DNA from: an uncultured Leptotrichiaceae bacterium
Lineage (GTDB): Bacteria > Fusobacteriota > Fusobacteriia > Fusobacteriales > Leptotrichiaceae
Reading direction: 5' to 3'
Length of the DNA: 64,000 nt
Assembly (NCBI GenBank): GCA_963550915.1
Contig: CAUVEB010000007.1
Location: 8,439-72,438, forward strand
Shown: piece after piece, positions 57,555-64,000 of the stretch
Numbering within the stretch: the first letter of the stretch is position 1
How the letters are laid out: each line of letters starts with the position of its first letter
The notes under the pieces: generated by a model
What the model saw: the letters and a program-made list of their open reading frames with translations, nothing else
What the model was told of the DNA's origin: nothing
Databases searched by the model: none
Translations under genes and position numbers: made by a program

Positions 57555-58436
57555 TTAATTTTTAGAAATTTCAAGTATTGCATTCGTAACACTATTCATG
57601 TTTTCGATTATAAACTTTTCAAAAGCATTCTTTGAATATGCCCCTTGAGTCATATGATTTAGTGTTGCAATATATATGCCTGTATCTTTTTTTATTGTAT
57701 TTGCATTTTTATGATTTGAAAGTTCTTCATCAAATAAAATATCTATTTTTGATGTCTTTATTTTTTCTATTGCAAGTTTTAAGTCAGAGGCTGTAGGTGA
57801 TTGTGTATAAGAAGGTTCAACAACAGTTGAAACAGTAAGACCAAACTCTGCAAGTAAATAATCATAACCTGCATGAGATGTTGCAATTTTAATATTTTTT
57901 GTTTTACCTTTAACTTTAGCTAAGGCATCTTGTTTTATTTTTCTTAGTTTTGAGTCATACATTTTAGCATTCTTTTTATAAAAAGTTGCATTAGCTGGAT
58001 CTATTTCTCCTAGTTTTTGTGCTATATAATCAATTTGTTTAATACTTTGTGTGATTGATATGTATGTATGAACATTATTTATTTTTGAATTTTTTTGTCC
58101 TGATATATATAATAAATTTGCAGTTTCATTTGCATTTATAACCTTTATATTCGGATTAGTTTTCTTAGCTGCACGTAACATAGGATATACATATTCATCA
58201 TTACCTATGCCATTTATTACAACAACATCAACACTGGCTAATTTTTTTACATCTTTTGGAGTTGCATCATAGCTATGTGTGTTTATATTTTCTGGAACTA
58301 ATGGAACAACTTCCATTTTATCACCTACAATATTACTTACATAGCAGTAATAAGGTAACATAGTTACACCAACTTTTATTTTAGCAAAACTTATACTTGT
58401 AAATAATAAAAAAAAGTGTAATAAAATTCTTCTCAT
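57555..58436 (-). CDS. metal ABC transporter substrate-binding protein paralogue (cluster A-I), orphan
   Basis: Collinear with the 21423 SBP over its full length, with identical blocks such as VDVVVINGIG, IKVINAN and KIAT(T/S)HAGYDYLLAEFGL; His ligand contexts retained (NTHSY, NNVHTYIS, SHAGYDY); no adjacent permease or ATPase. Confidence 0.85.
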   Translation of the reverse strand: MRRILLHFFLLFTSISFAKIKVGVTMLPYYCYVSNIVGDKMEVVPLVPENINTHSYDATPKDVKKLASVDVVVINGIGNDEYVYPMLRAAKKTNPNIKVINANETANLLYISGQKNSKINNVHTYISITQSIKQIDYIAQKLGEIDPANATFYKKNAKMYDSKLRKIKQDALAKVKGKTKNIKIATSHAGYDYLLAEFGLTVSTVVEPSYTQSPTASDLKLAIEKIKTSKIDILFDEELSNHKNANTIKKDTGIYIATLNHMTQGAYSKNAFEKFIIENMNSVTNAILEISKN

Positions 58437-58459
58437 TAAAAATCACATCCTTGTAAGCA

Positions 58460-58488
58460 ATAGTACCACTTTTAATTATCAATTTCAA
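58460..58488 (-). promoter_or_regulatory. sigma-70-type promoter (TTGAAA-17-TGgTACTAT, extended -10)
   Basis: Read on the minus strand; the -10 ends 23 nt upstream of the orphan SBP ATG (58436). Confidence 0.5.
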
Positions 58489-58578
58489 TTAAAAAAAGCC
58501 ATATTTATTAGGTTCTATAACCGTTATATAGCTTTTTTTATTGTATTATTTATATTTAAAGCACTTTTATTTTTTCAG

Positions 58579-59046
58579 TTATTCTTTTGTAATGACTCTA
58601 ACTATAGCTCCAATTATTTCATCATTATATTTACCTGTTCTAAAATTATATATAGTTTCATCAGGATTTTCACTTTCTTCTATCATCTTTTTAACACTTT
58701 CCGGTCTTTCAGATATGATAGTTGTAAGTTTTATACCGTCAACTAGAAAAACTGTTGGAATTTTACCTTCTGATATCATATTAAGTCTATATTCGTTACC
58801 TTTTCTTGGTATATATTCGATATTTATACAATTAGGATTACAACTTCTAATTCTTTCAAGTACAGCAACAACGGCTCTACAGTCAGGGCAATAAGGTTCA
58901 CCGAAAACCATTAAATTAATAGTCTTAGAGATTTTTTTAATTTCATCTGTTGTATCATAATCAATAACTACTTTAGGTAGTACCTTTTCTTGCTTTTCTG
59001 AATATATATCTTCATTAAATTTTAAATAGTCATTATAGTTTGTCAT
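58579..59046 (-). CDS. thioredoxin-fold protein with CPDC motif
   Basis: 155 aa; MVFGEPYCPDCRAV CxxC context and downstream cis-Pro-like IPTVF. Confidence 0.6.
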   Translation of the reverse strand: MTNYNDYLKFNEDIYSEKQEKVLPKVVIDYDTTDEIKKISKTINLMVFGEPYCPDCRAVVAVLERIRSCNPNCINIEYIPRKGNEYRLNMISEGKIPTVFLVDGIKLTTIISERPESVKKMIEESENPDETIYNFRTGKYNDEIIGAIVRVITKE

Positions 59047-59613
59047 TTATTTCTCCTTTTGTTTATGTTTATATTCACAAGTAATTAAATGATCGTCTAT
59101 TATCCCAATTGCTTGTAAAAAAGAATATATTATAGTTGTACCAACAAATTTAAACCCACGAATTTTTAAATCAAGGCTTATTTCATCAGATAATAAATTA
59201 TGTGTAGGCATTAATTTTGTATCTGTAAGCTTATTATCAATTACTTTATTATCAGTAAATTTCCATATGTATTCACTAAAAGTTTTAAACTCTTTTTGTG
59301 TTTTTATAAATGCTTTAGCGTTTGTAATAAGGGCGTTAATTTTAAGTCTATTTCTAATAATACCTTTATTATTTAATAATGAATTAACCTTATTTTCATC
59401 ATAATTTATGATTTTGTTGTAATCAAAGTTATCAAAAGCAGTTCTAAAATTTTCTCTTTTATTTAATATAGTATTCCAACTAAGACCAGCTTGAAAACCT
59501 TCTAATATTAACATTTCAAAGATATATTTATCATCATGGCTTGGTATACACCACTCATTATCATGATATATGATATCTATATCTTTTTTTGCCCAGTCAC
59601 AACGCTTTTTCAT
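59047..59613 (-). CDS. tag: DNA-3-methyladenine glycosylase I
   Basis: CDWA...YHDNEWCIP...EMLILEGFQAGLSWNTIL signature with Zn-binding Cys/His positions. Confidence 0.9.
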   Translation of the reverse strand: MKKRCDWAKKDIDIIYHDNEWCIPSHDDKYIFEMLILEGFQAGLSWNTILNKRENFRTAFDNFDYNKIINYDENKVNSLLNNKGIIRNRLKINALITNAKAFIKTQKEFKTFSEYIWKFTDNKVIDNKLTDTKLMPTHNLLSDEISLDLKIRGFKFVGTTIIYSFLQAIGIIDDHLITCEYKHKQKEK

Positions 59614-59676
59614 ATTTACTCCACTTTATTTTTAAAAACACTACAAACAATAAATAGTATTTGTAGTGTTTAGAAA

Positions 59677-60564
59677 TTATAATTCTTTTATATTTGTTAT
59701 AATACTTGCAAGTGATTGTAATTCACTAGGTATAATTATTTTTGTTGCGTTACCATTTGCAACATCAACAAAAGATTTTAAAGCTTGTAATTTTAATATC
59801 TTATCTTCAGGTACATTTTCATTAAGTAGTTTAATACCGTCTGATTCAGCTTTTTTAAGTTCTAATATAGCTCTAGCTTGACCTTCAGCCTCTTTAATTC
59901 TAACTTCTTTTTCAGCTTCAGCTTTTAAAATAGCAGCTTTTTTCTCATCTTCAGCTATAAGTATAGCAGCTTCTTTTGTTGCTTGAGCTTCAAGAACTGT
60001 TGCTCTTTTAACTCTTTCTGCTTTCATTTCTTTTTCCATAGCTTCTCTTATTTCTTCTGGTGGTAATATACTCTTTAATTCAACACGGTTTACTTTAATA
60101 CCCCAAGGGTCTGTTGCGTCATCAAGTTCTGTTCTCATTTTTGAGTTTATTGTATCTCTTGATGTAAGTGTTTGGTCAACAGTTAAATCTCCAATTATAT
60201 TTCTTAGAGTTGTAGCTGTTAAGTTTTCAATAGCTAGTATTGGATTTTCAACACCATAAGTGAAAAGCTTAGGAGCTGTAATTTGAAAATATACTACAGT
60301 ATCTATAAGCATAGTCGCATTATCTTTTGTAATAACAGGTTGAGGTGCGAAGTCTTTTACAGTTTCTTTTAAGCTTACTTGTTTAATAACTTGATCTAAA
60401 AATGGATTTATAATATGAAATCCTGCATTTAGTTGAGTATGATATTTTCCTAATCTTTGAACAATATATACCTTTGATTCAGGTACAATTTTAATCCCAC
60501 TTACAATTAATGATACTAAAACTCCTAATAGTATAAAAATAATTCCATATTGCATATTATTCAC
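59677..60564 (-). CDS. SPFH/band 7 (stomatin-like) membrane protein
   Basis: N-terminal TM helix, SPFH core (IVPESKVYIVQRLGKY...), C-terminal Ala/Glu/Lys coiled coil. Confidence 0.9.
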   Translation of the reverse strand: MNNMQYGIIFILLGVLVSLIVSGIKIVPESKVYIVQRLGKYHTQLNAGFHIINPFLDQVIKQVSLKETVKDFAPQPVITKDNATMLIDTVVYFQITAPKLFTYGVENPILAIENLTATTLRNIIGDLTVDQTLTSRDTINSKMRTELDDATDPWGIKVNRVELKSILPPEEIREAMEKEMKAERVKRATVLEAQATKEAAILIAEDEKKAAILKAEAEKEVRIKEAEGQARAILELKKAESDGIKLLNENVPEDKILKLQALKSFVDVANGNATKIIIPSELQSLASIITNIKEL

Positions 60565-60979
60565 TTACCCTTTCTATATTAGCTTTATTTCCGTTAAAGC
60601 TTACAATTTTTACTATATCTCCTTTAATAAATGTATCAGATGATAAAGCAGACCATAAAACTCCTTTATATCTTATTGTATATTCTTTAATTTCACTATC
60701 TACATCTATTACATCTATAATGTGTATATTTACTGTTTGATCTATATTCTCTTTTTTTATATTATTTATCTTTCTCATAACAAAAGGTCTAGTACCAAAC
60801 ATAAATATAAGTGAAAGAATTAAAAATATTATAGTTTCCCATACTGAATTTTTAATCACAAATGATAAAAATAGTAGTATGAAAGAAGCTAATGCCATCC
60901 AAATTGAGATTAAACCTGGAATAATTACTTCTATTATAAGGAATATTCCTGCAGCTACTCCCCAAAAAAGTGCATTCAT
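60557..60979 (-). CDS. NfeD-family membrane protein
   Basis: 140 aa, 3 TM plus C-terminal OB-like soluble domain; 8-nt overlap with the downstream SPFH gene (the classic NfeD-SPFH pair). Confidence 0.75.
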   Translation of the reverse strand: MNALFWGVAAGIFLIIEVIIPGLISIWMALASFILLFLSFVIKNSVWETIIFLILSLIFMFGTRPFVMRKINNIKKENIDQTVNIHIIDVIDVDSEIKEYTIRYKGVLWSALSSDTFIKGDIVKIVSFNGNKANIERVSE

Positions 60980-60991
60980 AAAAACCTCCTA

Positions 60992-63625
60992 TTAACCTAG
61001 ATATAATTTTAGAGTATTTTCAAGCTTACTTAGTTTTGAACTTAACTCTTCTTTTATTGCGTTTTCTTTTTCAATAACATTTTTAGGTGCTTTTGATATA
61101 AAAGCTTCATTTTGTAATTTTGATAGTACACGATTTAACTCATTTTGTACTTTTTCAATTTCTTTATTTAATTTAGCTATTTCTTTTTCTTTGTCAATTA
61201 AATCTGCAAGAGGTACGTAGATTTCAGTATCACCACAAACCCTAAATCCTACTAAGCTTGGAACTTCTTTAGTTTCTGTTTTTTCAATGTTAGCAAGCTT
61301 ACTTAAAATTTTTGGATTGTTTATTAAAATACTTTCTTCTTCTTTATTATTTGTCTTATAAATTATATTAATCTTCTTAGAAGGAGAAACACCAGCTTCA
61401 GCTCTAATGTTACGAACACTTGATATTACATTTTGTAAAAATTCAAATTGTTTTTCTACATTTTTATCAACAAGAGTTTTATCAAGAGTTGGATAAGCTT
61501 CAAGCATTATTGTATCACCAGACAGTTTAATGTTTTGCCATATTTCTTCTGTAATAAACGGCATAAATGGATGAAGTAATTTAAGTGCATTATCAAGTAC
61601 GTGTCTTAATACCCACTGTGCTGTTATCTTATCTGTTTCATCACTTGAGTTATATATTCTAGTTTTTGCTATTTCAACATACCAATCACAGAAATCACCT
61701 TTGAAAAATTCATAAGCAAGCTTACAACTTTGATCTATATTATATTCTTCCATGTTTTTGTTTATAAGACCAGCTGTTGTATTTAGTCTTGATATTATAT
61801 AAGAGTCTTCAAGTTTAAAATCTAGATCCATAATACTTACATTAGGATTAAAATCTTGTAGATTTGATATAACAAATTTTGAAGCATTCCATACTTTGTT
61901 AGCAAAATTAGCTCCCATATCTACTAAAGCATCATTAAATTTAAGATCTTGTCCTTGTGTAATATTAAATAATAAGCTAAATCTTAATGCATCTGCTCCT
62001 TTATTTTCAATAATATCCAGTGGATCTGGTGAATTACCAAGTGATTTACTCATTTTTCTTCCAAGTTCATCACGTATTATACCTGTAAAGTATACGTAAT
62101 TAAATGGTATCTTATCTGTAAGATAAAGACTCATCATTATCATACGTGCAACCCAGAAAAATATTATGTCAGCTGCTGTTACAAGTGTATTTGTTGGGAA
62201 GAATGTATCTATATCCTTAGTTTTTTCAGGCCAACCAAGAGTTGTGAAAGGCCATAATGCAGATGAGAACCAAGTATCTAGTACATCAGTCTCTTGAGTA
62301 AGTACTTTATCTTCTCCTGCCATTTTATATGCTTCTTCAATTGATTTTGCAACATATACCTTACCATTTTGATCATAATATGCAGGAATTTGATGTCCCC
62401 ACCATATTTGTCTTGAAATACACCAATCCCTTATATTCTCAAGCCAGTTATAATATATTTTTTCCATTCTTTTTGGTGTGAAAGTAATTTCACCGTCTTT
62501 TACAACTTGTATAGCACGAGTTGCAAGAGGTTTCATACGTACAAACCATTGTTTAGAAACACGTGGTTCTATTATAGTATTACATCTATAGCAGTGTCCT
62601 ACTGAGTGATTGTGTTTTTCAATCTTAATTAAGATTCCTAGCTCTTCTAAATCCTTTATAATAACTTTTCTAGCCTCAAATCTATCAAGACCACAGTATT
62701 TGCCACCATTTTCATTTATATGTGCATCTTTTGTTAATATATTTATATATTCAAGATTACATCTTTTTGCAACCTCAAAATCGTTAGGGTCATGAGATGG
62801 AGTCATCTTAACACAACCTGTACCAAATTCCATATCAACATATTCATCAGCAACTATTGGTATTTCACGATTAACTAATGGTAAAATCGCAGATTTACCA
62901 ATTAAATGTTTATAACGTTCATCGTTTGGATTAACTGCAACACCTGTATCACCTAACATAGTTTCAGGTCTTGTAGTTGCAACTATTATTTTTTCATCGC
63001 TATCTTTTACAGCATATGCTATATGCCAAATAAAGCTATCAGTATCCTCATGATTTATTTCATCATCTGCAAGAGCTGTTTTATCTTTAGGACACCAGTT
63101 TACTATATATTCTCCTTGATAAATTAAGTCATCATTGTATAGTTTTACAAAAGCTTCTTTTACAGCTTCAGAAACTTTTTCATCCATGGTGAATTTTTCA
63201 CGACTCCAGTCAAATGAAGAACCAACTTTTCTAAATTGTTTTGTTATAATATTTCCGTACTTATTTTTCCATTCCCAAGTTTTATCTATAAACTTATCTT
63301 TTCCTATTTCTTCCTTAGATGTTCCCATATCATGGAGCATTCTTTCTACTTTGTTTTGAGTTGCAATTCCTGCGTGGTCAGTACCTGGAAGCCATAAAGT
63401 ATTGTATCCGCTCATTCTTTTAAAACGAGTAATTGAATCTTGAATTGCCATATTCATAGTATGACCTATATGAAGTATACCTGTAATATTAGGTGGAGGA
63501 AGTATCATAGAAAACGCAGGTTTATCACTACTATTATCTGCATTAAAATATCCATTTTTCTCCCAAGTTTCATACCATTTTGTTTCAAAATTTATAGGTG
63601 TATAATTATTATTGATTTCTTTCAT
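60992..63625 (-). CDS. valS: valine--tRNA ligase
   Basis: PPPNITGILHIGH (HIGH) and KMSKSLGN (KMSKS) motifs, editing domain, C-terminal coiled coil. Confidence 0.97.
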   Translation of the reverse strand: MKEINNNYTPINFETKWYETWEKNGYFNADNSSDKPAFSMILPPPNITGILHIGHTMNMAIQDSITRFKRMSGYNTLWLPGTDHAGIATQNKVERMLHDMGTSKEEIGKDKFIDKTWEWKNKYGNIITKQFRKVGSSFDWSREKFTMDEKVSEAVKEAFVKLYNDDLIYQGEYIVNWCPKDKTALADDEINHEDTDSFIWHIAYAVKDSDEKIIVATTRPETMLGDTGVAVNPNDERYKHLIGKSAILPLVNREIPIVADEYVDMEFGTGCVKMTPSHDPNDFEVAKRCNLEYINILTKDAHINENGGKYCGLDRFEARKVIIKDLEELGILIKIEKHNHSVGHCYRCNTIIEPRVSKQWFVRMKPLATRAIQVVKDGEITFTPKRMEKIYYNWLENIRDWCISRQIWWGHQIPAYYDQNGKVYVAKSIEEAYKMAGEDKVLTQETDVLDTWFSSALWPFTTLGWPEKTKDIDTFFPTNTLVTAADIIFFWVARMIMMSLYLTDKIPFNYVYFTGIIRDELGRKMSKSLGNSPDPLDIIENKGADALRFSLLFNITQGQDLKFNDALVDMGANFANKVWNASKFVISNLQDFNPNVSIMDLDFKLEDSYIISRLNTTAGLINKNMEEYNIDQSCKLAYEFFKGDFCDWYVEIAKTRIYNSSDETDKITAQWVLRHVLDNALKLLHPFMPFITEEIWQNIKLSGDTIMLEAYPTLDKTLVDKNVEKQFEFLQNVISSVRNIRAEAGVSPSKKINIIYKTNNKEEESILINNPKILSKLANIEKTETKEVPSLVGFRVCGDTEIYVPLADLIDKEKEIAKLNKEIEKVQNELNRVLSKLQNEAFISKAPKNVIEKENAIKEELSSKLSKLENTLKLYLG

Positions 63626-63637
63626 TTTGTCCCTTTC

Positions 63638-63988
63638 TTACCATACATTAAATAATTTTAATATATATTTGTATTCTATATAATCGCCTCTAATCCATTT
63701 TAATGTATATCTTGCTTGAATTATTATAGAAAATATTAAAATTATAAGCATAACAGCCATAACCCTATAAGTTATAATTGTATTTGTAATATTTCTAATA
63801 AGTCCACTTGCAATAGCATAATAAACTAAAGACATTGTAAATTGTTTATTAAGTAATTGACAGACCACAAATCTACTTCTTTTAGAAAAAGATTTTGGTT
63901 GAAATGCGTAAATGACGACAGGGGCAAATACGGGCAAAATCCAACATAAAAAAAGTATTAAATTAAAGCTTTTGTCATCTTTATTCAT
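63638..63988 (-). CDS. small hypothetical membrane protein
   Basis: 116-aa ORF with 3 predicted TM helices, 12 nt upstream of valS; no family recognised. Confidence 0.45.
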   Translation of the reverse strand: MNKDDKSFNLILFLCWILPVFAPVVIYAFQPKSFSKRSRFVVCQLLNKQFTMSLVYYAIASGLIRNITNTIITYRVMAVMLIILIFSIIIQARYTLKWIRGDYIEYKYILKLFNVW

Positions 63989-64000
63989 AGCTAACCCCCT

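Noticed and set aside
58491-58540. AT-rich imperfect hairpin between the thioredoxin-like gene and the orphan SBP promoter; considered as a terminator or a structured RNA
   Set aside because: The stem is mostly A-T with a mismatch and a 21-nt loop. It is plausibly a weak terminator but too poor to annotate with confidence.
60992-63637. T-box or other leader riboswitch upstream of valS (and of leuS at 26066)
   Set aside because: Only 12 nt separate valS from the upstream ORF, and leuS overlaps or abuts rlmB. There is no room for a leader of about 200 nt.
1-64000. Scan for tRNA, rRNA, CRISPR repeats, IS elements, integrases, phage genes or classic defence genes (restriction, Abi, CBASS, retron)
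   Set aside because: No intergenic gap exceeds about 250 nt and none has tRNA-like GC-rich stems. No regularly spaced direct repeats, transposase-like or nuclease/helicase-like ORFs were seen.

Overview
Very AT-rich bacterial chromosomal segment (about a quarter G+C by eye, not computed). It is densely coding under the standard code. I support 62 CDS plus several intrinsic terminators and sigma-70-type promoters. I saw no rRNA, tRNA, CRISPR array, transposase or integrase. All calls rest on motifs and family signatures read from the translated ORFs; no database search was possible.

Layout:
- 23-11749: one uninterrupted plus-strand division/cell-wall operon, murF-mraY-murD-ftsW-murG-murC-murB-(membrane J-domain protein)-ftsQ-ftsZ-adk-map. 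There is no ftsA and no ddl.
- 11.8-20.6 kb: amino-acid transporters (gltS, brnQ), a secreted 5'-nucleotidase module, L-serine dehydratase and a MORN-repeat protein.
- 20.8-25.3 kb: a six-gene metal-uptake operon. A canonical ZnuABC-type core is flanked by three uncharacterised extracytoplasmic proteins.
- 25.3-28.6 kb: rlmB and leuS.
- 28.7-45.9 kb: a roughly 17 kb co-directional block. It holds a Wzx/Wzy-type glycan locus (manC, wzx, GT2 x3, wzy-like, GT32, TagF-like glycerophosphotransferase, initiating phosphoglycosyl transferase, epimerase). This runs without a break into smc, an L,D-transpeptidase, a phosphohexomutase and a Wzz-like protein.
- 45.9-54.9 kb: Cys/Met PLP lyase, a beta-barrel OMP candidate, ylxM-ffh-rpsP, and polA-azlCD-prfB.
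- 54.9-64 kb (minus strand): spoVG, a DUF4198-like protein, ackA, an orphan metal-SBP paralogue, a thioredoxin-like protein, tag, SPFH/NfeD, valS and a small membrane protein.

The window combines O-antigen-type genes, an OMP, MORN repeats, SpoVG and amino-acid-fermentation genes in extremely AT-rich DNA. That suggests a diderm of the Fusobacteriota (Fusobacteriaceae or Leptotrichiaceae), but this is only an informed guess.

The best candidate for something undescribed is the expanded metal-acquisition operon at 20.8-25.3 kb. It encodes a ligand-less SBP paralogue, a small secreted protein with a predicted N-terminal His, and a membrane-anchored His-cluster protein. A related second locus lies at 55.4-58.5 kb. 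Other points worth a second look are the ftsA-less dcw cluster with an embedded J-domain protein, smc embedded among glycan-synthesis genes, and a probably leaderless ylxM-ffh transcript.
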